64,000 nucleotides of DNA from Balanoglossus misakiensis (Eukaryota > Animalia > Hemichordata). Positions 11,997 to 24,903 of the stretch are shown in pieces. The stretch is taken from positions 4,241,358 to 4,305,357 of the forward strand of contig CM082585.2 of NCBI GenBank assembly GCA_040954595.2, given 5' to 3'. The position numbers and the translations under genes were made by a program. Below the pieces are notes generated by a model. It saw only the letters and a list, made by a program, of their open reading frames with translations. It had not been told where the DNA came from and searched no databases. Position 1 is the first letter of the stretch. Each line of letters starts with the position of its first letter.

Positions 11997-14900
11997 TCAA
12001 GACATATAAGCCCTGACTGCACTCCTTATCGAGGTTCGGCAGAAAGGACACTGCCGGACCTTAGCCGCGCACACGTCACAGGTCACCAAGTGACGACATG
12101 GTTGAAAGAGAATGCACACTTCACGATCCATGCAAATCTTACAGGTTTTCTTTCTTCTCAAAGTTTCCAGTTCATCGAGAATCTCCTTCTGACTGCTCAT
12201 ACCTGTAACCATGAAATCACCAAGTTAAAAGCATGCTATAGTATTAAAGCTACAGAAACCAATTGTGATAGAATCACTCGCATGAACGCTGATTTTAAAA
12301 ACTGTATAATGTCTCATGGAATGTCACATGACAGCATGGAGCAATTTCGTTCCCCTTGTCAAATTTTGGGAGTTCAATACTTTGCAGGGACATTTACGGA
12401 TGACGTATTTGATTTCTACGTTTGAGCTTACACTGAACAATGCAACGAGACACTCAGTCTTGGACATGACGATTGAGCAGTGATGTATGTACAAGCGGTA
12501 TATACAGTATGTGTCAAAAAAGGAAACCTATGTACGGTACAGATACAGATACATTACGAAACGGTACGGCGCGGATACAGTACGGTACGGTTCAGGTACG
12601 GTACGAGACGGTAGGGCTACTGATCTGGTACACTTGCTTGTAAATTTTGTACATGCTAACCACAGTACACTGCTTACTTTTGCTATTTTATTCAAACATT
12701 GATTCTCTGAGTGTTTCTCCTGAAATCAGACGAATTTGTGACAAAACACAACTGATATTTACCTGACATGTACGTAGATGTTTCGCCAATAAACGATGAC
12801 GTCACTCCCCCTACAGCGCCAACCAACTCTTCACCCTCTTCCGCGCCCCCATCACTTTCTCCCGGCGATACATCCGCATTCCCGCCGGTTTGGGATTCCA
12901 GATCCCAGACTGCTTGCAACAGATCCCGAGTGCTTTTGAAACCCTCCCCGCTTCTTTGGACCCTTCTCCTGACAACTTTCTTGACAATGTCTTTCGTGTA
13001 GCCCATCTCCAAGACGACTTGAGCGGTGTCAGTTCGCATGAAGTCATTCACTTTTTGAGCAACTGAAAAGACAGTTGAATAAAATGTTAATGAAAATATA
13101 TTTTTCATCATCTGATTCTGGTTGACGTGTGGTCACCTACGACTGCGTGGACAGTGGCAGGGAAAACCAACAACATTATATTACCATGGCCTGTGCGTCG
13201 CCCATGAATTTTGGCTTTCCTCGAGCCCTCGTCAGGGCGTCGTCCATTATTTCTCTAGCAGACACATCCTCGTGCCAGCCACTCGTCATAGTTTCTGCCT
13301 CGAGGAAGATAATGCCACAAAACCAGCGATCGCTTATAGACACACGGAATTGGAATTGGATAAAAATAACATTGATTATTATACACCTACTGCTGTAACC
13401 TATGGAGTTCCGTAATACAATAATTCGCGGTATCACCGTCCAATAATTATTCAAATGAGGACGCGGAGTCCCATAACCCACAGGGTTATTGGACGCATAT
13501 TTGACCTTTGACCTCACAGCTGTCTGATGTAAACAATGATGATATTATGAGGTTATTACGAAAATACCGCAAAGTATGCACGAGGACATTAGCGCCAAGT
13601 ATCGCCCGACGCGTAGCGGAGGGCGATGCGCTGCGCTAATGTCCGAGTGCATACTTTGCGGTATTTTCGTAATAACCTTATTATTATACATCTTACATCT
13701 CCGTTAGTTCTTGTGTTACATGTTACTTGGCTTTCAAAACGCCAAAAATGCCGATACAATCGAAAACCGCTCAGTTGACTCAGTGAGCAGCCATCTTTCT
13801 TTTTTGTTTACGTGCGTTGGAGTAGGGGTGTCTTGAAACCGTCCGCATAACAACGCATACCTGTACACGGTGAGTTGGGGCGCCTTGAAACCTAAAACTT
13901 ATTTAACGCGCGTTCCGTACGTACCGTTCCGTACGGCTTTTTATTGCACGCCAAAATCTATTGTTCTCGGCACTAGATGTATAATAATGCACCCTACTCT
14001 CACAAAAAAATATATAAAAAGTACACAGTCGTTATTAAACAAAATTATTGGTGGCCCAAGATGCGAAATAAGTCAAAATCCTCGATGAAATTTCAGTCGA
14101 AGGAATGTGTGAACGAACAGGCGAGCGCGTTCATCGCTGCAGCGTAGAACGTCGCGCGCGAGACATGGGCAGCTCGTCACTAGCATCACCTGATGCGCGA
14201 GGTGAAGGCGCGTTCGATATGCAAATTACGTCATGGCGGCGTCTGAAAACTAGAAAGTCCGATAGCGGCCTATTTATTCTTTATCGTTCATCAAGGACGT
14301 CCGGAAAAGGTGTATAATAATAAGGTTATTCACAAAATACCGGGATTTATGTCCTCGTACATCGTACGCTTCGGTATTGTCCTCGACGCTGCGCGTCTCG
14401 GACAATACCTGCGCTGCACGATGTACTCGGACATAAATCCCGGTATTTTGTGAATAACCTTATATAATTATACAGAATATATTAAATGGCACTTACCTAG
14501 AGTTTTGCCTGTCATTGTGCCATTCTTAGCTCGAGTCTGTAAATGAATTTGAAAGAACAGACCTCAGTAAGTGAAATACCGTGAATATCAAAGACTCACT
14601 GCCAGCCGGCTGTTGCGCTTCTTGCAATGGGATTTTATTACTTTAAAAGTCTCTCAAGACAAACAAGCAAACAAACAAAGAAACAAACAATTCATACTGT
14701 TTCTACCTGGGGAAATTTTAAAGAGTAAGGTTGTTACCTATTAGTAAAAACCCCTTTACTATTATAGCTGGGATTTTACGGTTAAATGAGTCACATCGGA
14801 TTATTGTGTTTTTACGAGCGGACCAATGAGCGTATTGGACAAAACTGACGTGTGACTCGCCACGGTGCGGAGTGTCTATGAACTCATTTATGATACAAAT

Positions 14901-16565
14901 GTACTGCTGGTGATTGACTGTAATTGTGCAAACAGTCGTTGAGGGCATGATGACTACTGACCTTTTGTTGACTCTCTGTTGGTAAATGTTGACCGCAAGG
15001 TTGTGGATACTTGTCAGCCACGTATTCCATAAAGGCAACTCCTCTGTACTGGCGTACGAATTGGCACCTTGGAAACCATCTGGCGTGTTCTATCCAAGGT
15101 ATGTCTGTGGGCACCCAATTCCTCAATGCGCCGTCACAGTGAAAACACTTCACGTTATCTCCGTTACCTATGAAGGCAGAGATATGCATTAATAAGTATA
15201 AACAAATTACACCTACTAACAAGTTTAAAGTCGTGGTGGTGGTGGTGGTCGTCGTCGTCGTCATCGTCGTCGTCGTCATCATCATCATCATCATCATCAT
15301 TACTATGATGGTGGTGGCTGTGGTAATGATGATGAGATCATCTGTTTGGTGTGAGAACAAGTCTTTAGAAAAATATGAATCTAGGAACAGAAAATTCTTG
15401 TGTGCGACACGCAGGTAAACTTTGATTGGATAGAAGAGCAAATGAACTCTAAATCATGATCGGGAGTGATGCAGGGACAAAGGCATCCCCCTTTCAAAAT
15501 AATTCACATCAAAAGTCCAAACCCTTTCCTTTATAGTTTGATAGTTCATTCATACATTCAGAGAGAGTATTTAATTCTACCTGTGAAGTAAAATCCTGCT
15601 TCTGCCAGATGTTCGAGTGGTATGCTTCCTTTCCATGATTGGCTGAAAGTTGCCAGTCTTGCTGATGCGTCCGAAAGTTCTGGTCGCCTGGGTTTATCCG
15701 CCCCGGCACGATGTTCGTGAGGAACCGTAGGGCCTGTATTGACACTGCGTCCTTTGATGTCCTCAAATCGACTGGGATCCCGCGTCGCCAGTCTTTCCGT
15801 CGGTCTGTCGTCTGCTTCCGGTTTTCTGATAGTTAGAAGTCTCATGGGCGCGTTCCCGACGTCTTCACCCTTTGCAAACGGACAAGACGGGAAGTATTGA
15901 CTGTGCACTCTCGACGGCACATCGCCAGCGCGCCAGTTTTTCAGAATACCATAGCAACAGAAGCACTGGACCCTATCATCAGAGCCGCAGTAGTAGAAGC
16001 CAGCCTTCGCCAGATCTTCCGGTAAAGCTGCTGCGTTTCGTGGCCAGTAAATGAATGTCAGTAGTCGCTTGTATTCACTTTTCAAAACCCGATTCGCTTC
16101 CTGTAACTGTGGGCTGTTCTCAATGTCAAGTAACCCAATGTCAAGATCACCAGTTTCACTATTCGCTTTCTTCTTGTTTTTAGGTTTCTTTTTCTTCTTT
16201 CTCCTCCCAGTACTGCCACTTCCGTTTGTTTGTTTCGTTTGCTCTTCCTCATCTTCGCTGGACTTTGCTACTGGAGATTCTCTGTTTGCCGTCTTGGTCT
16301 CACCGCCGCCCAAAGGCACGTTGCTTCTGTCTCTCCCTTTCGCGAAATCACACTGCGGATAGAGTTTTCTGTGCACACCCATCGCCGATCCCGTCAGGTC
16401 TTTATCGGTGATTCTCCCATCACAACGGAAGCACACAGTAACACCGTCTTTGCCTGTGTAGTACAGACCCGCTTTAGCCAGCGCTATCGGTGTGATGGAC
16501 CCGTAGAAGGCCCATGACACGAATGACGCCAGCCTCCTGGCTTCATAGGTCATGTCAAACTGCAT
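11997..16565 (-). CDS. Inhibitor of apoptosis protein (BIR-BIR-BIR-UBA-RING; XIAP/cIAP-like, no CARD), ~578 aa
   Basis: Exons 16565-15581, 15167-14962, 14536-14497, 13062-12763 and 12202-11997 (1737 nt, phase-consistent). Three BIR repeats (RLxSF/TF…AGxYY/F…CFxC…H…PxC), UBA-like VLEMGY..IVK, and a C-terminal RING (CKICMD…PCRH..CDVC…CPFCR). Confidence 0.92.
12530..12612. repeat. GTACG/GGTAC-rich degenerate tandem repeat
   Basis: Repeated gtacgg/gtacag units in the last IAP intron. Confidence 0.6.
13375..14462 (-). mobile_element. Non-autonomous element X: short inverted repeats (ATTATTATACACCT…AGGTGTATAATAAT) plus terminal ~140-bp hairpin
   Basis: Inverted repeats at 13375-13388 and 14308-14321. 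Hairpin 14321-14462 (TAAGGTTATTCACAAAATACCGGGATTTATGTCC…GGACATAAATCCCGGTATTTTGTGAATAACCTTA). Confidence 0.65.
13550..13988 (+). mobile_element. Non-autonomous element Y, same architecture as X, opposite orientation, nested inside X
   Basis: Hairpin 13550-13678 (AGGTTATTACGAAAATACCGC…GCGGTATTTTCGTAATAACCT), followed by TTATTATACATCT (~13681) … AGATGTATAATAAT (13975-13988). Confidence 0.65.
15230..15335. repeat. (GTG/GTC/ATC)n trinucleotide microsatellite
   Basis: Visible in an IAP intron; the source of the poly-M/T/V/I ORF artefacts. Confidence 0.9.
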
Positions 16566-17483
16566 GGCGGCAGTTGCTTTGATTCTGTTACCGTTCAATT
16601 AGGATACAAGAGATTCGGGCTACTGTTGTCTGCCAGTTTGGTATAGATAAATCCAAAAGTCTTCAGATCTAAGGTGGAGAGAAATATATGAAAACATGTG
16701 CGATTAGCCCAACAAGTATTCTAGTCATATCCATATGCCGTACCTATAATGTAAATGATCAGAGAGAAGCATCGCTTTGAAAACAACTCGTTTTTAAAAA
16801 AACTCAAAGACCGACAGAGAAGCGTTTTAACACAAGGAGGTGACTATGACACTGTCACCGCACACTGACAAATATTGCCGTTCAGGTTGTAGTTGGAATA
16901 GGAAAAGCGGCAGACCGCAATCAACTATGTTTCGCATGTAACTAAAAATACGTGTTGAGCCACATGACAGCATTTGACGAAAATTTGTAAACAAAATTCA
17001 AAGAAATGACCCGAAATCAAGCATCGGAATTACATGATATACAGTCTTCGAACCTCACTCTCACGAAAAAGGCTACAAATGATTCACTCATAGTCATACA
17101 TTCTGCAATACTCCAGAATGAGTAAAAAAAATAACACGTTCGTGTTTGGTAATTCCCGAGGTTTTCATTCTGTCCTCCCCTCCCCTGTTCATCAATAACA
17201 TTGGACATGTTGGATAAACGTGGGTTAGCAGTAGGTTTGGTTAAACAGATATGAGCGACCCCCCCCCCCCCCCCCCCCCACTTGTGAACGGTGTATAATA
17301 CTTGACGTACGAAGACGTGTTCCGGGCGACGAGATGCGCTGGAGTGTACAGACGATGGTCAAAATCGACCGTTTAGAATTCTGACAGTCGGCCCAAGTCA
17401 TGAAACCGAAGATCTCATAAATAGAACAGTTTGCAGGGGTTTTACTAGGCGTAATGGGACCGAACGATCAAACGTGTCACACC

Positions 17484-17495
17484 GGGGAAAACCCC
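17484..17495. promoter_or_regulatory. Candidate Rel/NF-kB-type site upstream of IAP
   Basis: GGGGAAAACCCC about 0.9 kb upstream of the IAP ATG. A similar GGGGATCTTTCC lies near 18658. Motif match only. Confidence 0.3.
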
Positions 17496-20400
17496 AACGA
17501 GAAAAACCTGGCTTTGCGCGCGCAGTCGCCTAAATAAGATGTTGTTTATTGCATTTATCTCGCTGTTCTTCACCATTCAATTAATAATGTGAAAATATAT
17601 GTTATAATTTATACTAAAACTGAATTTTTAATGCTTATTATATTTCACTGCTTACGTTAACAGACAACTGCACAATCTATAACACCGTTCACAGACTTTG
17701 CGAAATGCGTAGGCTATAACTTCGCGGTGTGTATATGGAGGATTTTCCATAGACAACGATAAACATTTCTTCATTTTTTTAAATTATTAAAACATTTTAA
17801 AGTTTATAGTGTTATTTACATGATGGCAATTGGCATATGTTCGCGATTCTATTCGCAATTCGGCAGTTTCATCCGTGTGATAGGTAGATTAATTATATAT
17901 CTGCAGGTAGCCTGGCCTTGTTTACGTTCTAAAGGGTACACATATACGTAGGCCTCTATACGCTTACAACTAGTCTGACATGGCAGCCTGAGTGCGCACC
18001 ACGGTCGTTAAATGAGAGCTATTAAGCTTACGTGTTGTACTCTCTGTAATGTGTCTGCCGAAATCTCTTGAAAATAAACGTTTGACTGTCACTGTCAAAT
18101 AGTTCCGATCACTTCCAAAAACTGACACTGCAGGACTGGTATTCTGGGGCCTCAGAAGCAAAACGGTAGTCGTATGCCGTGATGCGTATGTTTACTGCCG
18201 GGGTTTTCTGCAGGCTGATTCAGACGAATCATGCATGAGTCATTACAGAAGGCCACATGTATTGCACCAAAGTCAAGCACTTGATGCTATCATTTTGACG
18301 TCGCCGACTTCAGAATTATGCACCCGACAGGCGCGGCGTGTAAGATTTGTTGACGGCAAAAATTACCACCAAAACGCAAACGCAGAGCTGTGCCTATATA
18401 ATGCGTGGCGGAGATGGCATGTTATGTGTACGTGTCGTTCAATTTTTTATGCTTTGTTGTCAATTTTTTATGCTTTGTTGTACTTCAAAGTTTAAAGGGT
18501 CTGTTCTCAAGTTGCATTGTTTTATGTATATTTCATTTGTCGGTTTCGCAAGATGGTCGCCATTGCCATTCACGGTCATGCATGATTCTAATCAGTGTAG
18601 TGATGACCCAACTTCCGTCTGCCACCTCAGGCAAGCGCGGTCAGCAGATCAGGGACAGGGGATCTTTCCAAAACGATCGATAGCTCTTTTTCGTTCGGGT
18701 GTCTGTGATAACGAGTAAAATGGGCGGGATACTGCAATGGCCACCAAAAACACGATTATAATATTTGAACTTATTCGGACAGCGACGAAAATTGCTCGGT
18801 GAAATAATATGATACCTATCAGATTGACGTTATTTGCGGACCTGGATAAACATATCATGTGCCACATAGCAACTTAATAGTGTTTAGAGTAAATATTCTA
18901 TAATTCATATGGATACAAAATGTGAATAATTAAAAAAAAGGATAATTATAGAAATGTAGTTATGAATAAAAAAACACATATCACAATGTCAACAATAACT
19001 TTCGTTCCACAACATCTCTATTATAATTGGTATACGACATATCTAGTAGAATATAAAGTCCGTATTAAGTGATATTATCTCATTAACAAACATAAATGTA
19101 TATGTATATGCCACTCACGATATGTTTCGTATAGGCCTAAGTAACATCATAGCTCCAAGTCCAGTCAGGCCCCGGCGATGATATATTCAGCAGTGACACA
19201 CTCTGCAGTTTTATCTTGGTCGCCCACGGCCCACTCAGACTTTGCCCTGCTGGTTATTGACACACCAATCATTCAATAGTACTTTATGTGGGTGTGGTGA
19301 CTATCACGGGGGTAGTATTGTTCGCTTTGTGAAAGTGGCACACCAGTTGCATGTACACAAATCCTTTGCAAGCCAAAACGTGAAAGAAACAAGGAGAAAA
19401 TGGCAGGGTTTCTGTTACTGGCCCAATAATCAGTTCTGAGAGATGCGACGTGCCATGAAGGTCTTAAATAGAGTCCCAACATACATGGTTACCCTTTAAA
19501 TAAAATGGTCTAGTCCCTAACCAGAACTACGCCCTCGTACGGTTTGAACTTTGTTGTACTCCACAGAACGTTTGTTAGCGGTACAGAACAGAACAAAAGC
19601 AAACCATGACTATTTGAAAGCACCATGAGCCATCGCATTTTGCGGATTTTGAACGTGCATTGTGCAATATTACTACAGAGGATCAATATATGAGTGTGGC
19701 ACTCGCATATTAATTAACTTACTAACAATATTTCTGAATGTGCAGTCACAATCAGAGATTGATATGTTTTTTTAAACCCATCAGTTTGCTCATTTAATGG
19801 AACATTCTAAGTTTGAAAGTAGAATTATGAAAATGATGCAGAAAGTGAGTAGCTCATGGGGCATGTTAATAAAGGGGGGGGGGGGGGATACGGGCAACAT
19901 GTATAAATGACCAAGCAATCATTACTATGACATCTCAACAGTGTGGTCAGAGAATCAAATCTTCATGTTGTTTTTGATTTGGGTGCCCATATATCCATGC
20001 ACATGACTTCCGTGAATATGATAGGTCTGAGTTAAAACCATGTATATAACCTATCAAACCAGACATCCAAGGTAAAAATGATCAAAACAATCCCAGGCGT
20101 TGAAATTAGAGTTTTTAAATACTGTGATAATTTTTATTTTGTACATGTTGGTTGGTACATAAAAGCCAGTAGAATACAAAAATACTAGAGATATAAATGG
20201 GCATTTTTATAGTATGAACAAGATTGAATTGAAATATTTACATTGCCACATACTGTATGCAGCAACTGTATCGTTTGTAAATGTTCACATGTAATATCCA
20301 AATGTAAGATATCAAGAGTACCATTGTTGATACACACAAAAACACTAACACATCTACTATCATGACTACAAAGGAAATACAACATGTAAAATTGCTGACA

Positions 20401-21657
20401 ATGAACCACCCACAATATGACTAAGTGGTTTCACCCAATGACTCTTTCTGGGTTCCCCTAATCTTGTAGTGCTTGTCCAATTGTATGCCACTGCAATCTA
20501 GCATGGACATTACCCTTTGTTATCACACTCCCCCAGTTCAGCACACATGTACACAAGATAGCTGATATGTCCATTGTTTTCCATGACATATCATTTTCAT
20601 GTCAAAATTTACATACATCATATTACATATGTACACAAGATGGCTGACACCCCCATTGGTTTGCCTGACACATCTCATTCTGGTCAAAATTGTACACGCT
20701 ACAATGTAAGTTCATTGCAATCTGATCACATGAATTTCCCAACTAAGATATTTTCTTACCCATGATTTAGATATTATCTGACACATTTTTGTTCATTACA
20801 AGATTGTTACTGAAGCCACGTTAAGGTGAAAAAAATAAGAAAGGTTTACTTCAGCCTGACTGACAATAAAAAGTCATGTATAACCAAACTGTGGGTAATC
20901 TAGACTTAACATGTGAGGGTGAATCTGCTTGACAGTGGTTTGTGCAACTTGACAGACATCTACAAACTCTGCAGATATTTCCAGCGAGTCCACACAATCT
21001 GAGAGATATATAATGAAATGGGAAAGTTACTGTGTACATTAGTTTCCCACTTTTTACTTCTGTGTTGAAATGGGAACGTTTATACGGAATGTAAAATATA
21101 TAAGTTACAATTATCATACACATGAAGATGGAAGTTCCCTACATTGTAGGTTTGTACATTCAGCTGTGAATTGTTGCATAGAAAGAAATCTACAACATTG
21201 GCTGGAAAAGTGGGTGTATAACAAATATGGGCTGGTAGACTGGTGACAAAAACATGAAATTTTTGGATTTTACTTGAAACTGATGACGTATTGACAGCTC
21301 CCACTATCTGTGACTTTTGACTATTTTTTTCCCCATTTTTCCCCCCTGTGTATCAAACATGGTCTCTTGTTCAGCTCCCGCCAGCAGGATGAAATGCCTA
21401 GTTTATATCTTTTCAACACAGTCCATGTATACATAACTGGCATTGTTATTGTTGAAAAATTGTATTCAAGTGTGGACCAGAAAACATTTATCAACAATAA
21501 CTTGGTCGTACGCATAAACAAAGACTTGGTTACAAGCTGAAGACTGCACACTTTGAGATAACTTTAGGGGAACAAAAAATGTACCTGATACACAAAATGA
21601 AAAATAAAATGCTTAAACACAGCCTGAAAATACAGACAGTGGGCCTTTAAAATACAC

Positions 21658-24046
21658 TTAGTGAATTCTGATTTTTGCAAATGCCATTTCTTCATAGCCC
21701 CCCTTTTCATAAAGCAACCCAATGTGGTTATCATCAACCGAGGCCAAGCAGGAATATTCACTGTCCCCTGGATCGACCACCAAGGCACCGGCCCACGTCT
21801 TGCCGTAATCCTCACTCCAACGGACGGTCATGTTGACCCTCTTGGTGGGGTTGGCAGGGTTGGAGAAAAACATGATGTCATTGTGCATGAGCAGACTGCC
21901 AGCACAGGCCGGGTCAATCAATGTGGGGTCAAGCTGTATACTTTCAAAGGGGAATGAGTCTCCGCCGTCGTAGCTGCGTGCTGTGATTCGACATCTGCAG
22001 TGAAAGTGGTACTGGTTGCGACAGTTCAGCAAGAGAGAACCATCGGGCAACTCGACAATCTGGAAGAGAAAAAAATACACGATTTATCTATGCATTCTAT
22101 TTACCGATTTGCATGCTCAGTTTTTAGGGAACATTTAGACTTCACTGGCCAAAAAACACAGAACATGCACATGCAGTCTCTAAGTGATTACTGGGTATTG
22201 AAATTGCAGATGAAAGCCCAGGCTATATTCTTCACAGACTGAATTATTCGTCATGTGAGGGCGCTTTACAAAAGAGGGATCATGAACAGATCACAAAACA
22301 AAACTGATTCACAGTTAACTGTGAAGGATTCTATGTCAGTAATGACGTTTGAATTATGGAATGGAACTTTTTGACCAAGACCTATCGACAAAGGTAACAA
22401 GTCAACATGAGGGCAAAAAAACCTGTCTATTAATAATAAGGGCTCTTCTGGAATAGGCAAATTAAACTGTCCTTAATAGAGAGGTGCCTATGAGAAGTGT
22501 CCAACAGGTCAGGTTTCACTGTAGTTATTTAGAAAGATGCATAATGCTATTTCTTGGAAAGGTGCAATTCACTTTAAAATCAAAATGGAAATGAATTTGG
22601 CTGGTATCTATGAAGAAACTTTGGATTTTTTGCTTTAGAAATATTAGAAAATACTCACTGCAGACTCATCCATTTCAAAATCTCCTGTTTTGTGACTTTG
22701 GCCATATGGAATTGTGGGTATGGTACCACCAATTTTCCATGTGTCTCCATGGTCTGAAAGAAACAATAATTTCACATTTATGATTAACAGCTAAGCTTAT
22801 CATCTCCAGCTAAAGAATATTTTCTCGAAGAAACTGGTGCCCTGAGGACCCAGGTGTCCTCCAACAAATGAGATATGTGAAGCTTCCTAGTCAGTTTCAA
22901 AATTTACGAAAATTATTTCCAATAGTTATTATATATAACCATGTACAAGAGAAAACTGCATACACTTTACCCCCAACTCCTAAACTAGCCTTGGACCTCA
23001 GTTGTCCCCAATCAGAATGTAATGAATGGCGTGCATCAAAAGCCTGCGCTTTCCCACACCTCTTTATATTCAAAGCGCATGTACATTAGTATGATTACAA
23101 TACAAGCCTCTCACACACGACAATACACATCCTATCCCGATAACAACACTCACATTCTCTCTGTCTCTGAAGAGTCAGTCTGTGTTTCTCTCTCTCTCTC
23201 TCTCCCGGCCCCCTCTCTCGACTGAAAGTGGGCGAACATATTTGGTGTGGTTGCATTACAGTCGTTTGTTTACTATGCACGCCGGTGTCTGCTATGCAAA
23301 CAAGCGAGTGTGCTTTGCATCACCGTGTACGACTACGACACCACCCCCTCGGAAAAGGTCCAAAAAATCTTACCGTCACTGATCAGGCAGTGCATTGCTC
23401 TGAAGGCACCAATACGGTGACCACAGGATATCAGCCTCCCTTTATGCGGTGCGAGCTGTTTCTGTATACCATAGCCGGGTCCTGGACAATACGGAAAATT
23501 GTAGAAATCGGGATTCTTCATTGACAAGTTGACCGGTTTCTCCCAGCTGTAGCCCCAGTCAAAACTTCGGATCATGAACACGGTCGGTAGACTGTTAGTG
23601 CAGACGTTGTGAGGGCAATGACAGTACAAAAACACCAAACTATTGGCGACCGAGTCCACGGTGATCGTTCCAAAATTAAAATAATCAGTTCCCGGGCCCA
23701 TGTCTTGAATTACGAACATGGTCGGGTCCCAATTGGAGCCCTGGTTTCGCGAGCGTCGCATTGTGGCTATTTTCTGCACTTTGTCTGACATACTGTATTT
23801 ATGGGAACCGGCGAAGGCAAGAACGTCCCCCGTCGGAGTGTTAGTAAGCATTGGCGTCCGGTAATTCGCAATTTCCCCTTCTCTTCCCGATTGCCATAGT
23901 ATTTGGTTTTCCACTACAATCGGTGACAGGCAATGGCAGATCGTCAAAACCAGGGAAAGGAAACTTATGACAACACACACCACGGTCACCAGCGTCGACC
24001 CCGCCATGTTTACGGTCGATCGGCACCGGTCAGGTGACTCACTCAT
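21658..24046 (-). CDS. Sialidase (NEU1-like) paralogue D, 3 exons
   Basis: Exons 24046 (or ATG 24007)-23374, 22753-22659 (95 bp; DHGDTWKIGGTIPTIPYGQSHKTGDFEMDESA) and 22059-21658. YRTP, GPGYG, Asp-boxes, SEYS, LYE. Confidence 0.9.
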
Positions 24047-24632
24047 GCTTAAGACCCCCTAAGTACGTCGAATGTGGTTTACTCCAGTATGGACAGTTGC
24101 CGCGTTGGGGCGCTCTTTCGGCCTAAAATGACAGCAATCCGTCGGACAACATAATTTAAACAACATACTTTCGCCTATAAAAGTCCTGCGTAACATCTTC
24201 AATTGTGTCAAAAGAGAGTGTATTATATTTATGTACGTGTATTGATATTCATACTTTTTCCACCCTTATGTGTGTTATTCACTGAATTGTTTATTTTTAG
24301 TCAATGTCTATTTTAGTTTTCACTGTTCATAGAAACCAGTACAATGTTCAGTTTACTGCTGTATATCTATATTTACATTTAATACATTTCATAAACACGA
24401 GAGTATAAATAGAAGACATGGCACTGTTAATCGTGACCTACATGACGGGAGAAAATGACCACCAAAACGTTTTCAAAAATACATTTGGAATTTTATTTTG
24501 TAGGTTAGGACAGGAAAATGCGTCTGCCATGAATGACGAAAACATAAATTATTCTGGCTGCTACTATCACAAATGCAAGAGACAATAAAACGCGCAAACC
24601 TGAGTACGTGTTTAGGGGTCGTTGCCACAACT

Positions 24633-24903
24633 TTAGGCCAAAGAAATAATACGCGCTGTTCTGATTACACGGTTTTCAAAAATAGGGTAGGTAGGTCGGG
24701 AAATTTTTTATTTTGCAATTTTTTGGTCGCCGTAGTGTAGAAGAATGACGTCATAGTTCTTGCGTGATTCTCACAATTTTCATAAATTTTGCATATTTGA
24801 ATTATTTTCACTTCCGGTTACGAAGCCCTAAAAGTTTAGGGTCGGCGGGCTAAAATTAGAGTAGGTCGGGCAATCGGAACAGCACATATTTTTAATTGCC
24901 TTA
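24633..24903. mobile_element. Degenerate TA-flanked MITE-like repeat
   Basis: Weak terminal inverted repeats (TAGGCCAAAGAAATAATACGCGCTGTTCTGATT … AATCGGAACAGCACATATTTTTAATTGCCTTA) with internal GGTAGGTCGGG motifs. Confidence 0.45.

Noticed and set aside
13176-13517. ORF ETMTSGWHEDVSAREIMDD…AM with AG/GT ends as an extra IAP exon
   Set aside because: The 13294-13185 segment would end in phase 0, but the next (UBA) exon needs phase 1. Exon 14536-14497 joins 13062 directly in frame.
199-24046. Bacterial origin or contamination of the sialidase genes
   Set aside because: All have conserved spliceosomal introns and NEU1-type motifs (DGLNLG, GPGYGIQK).
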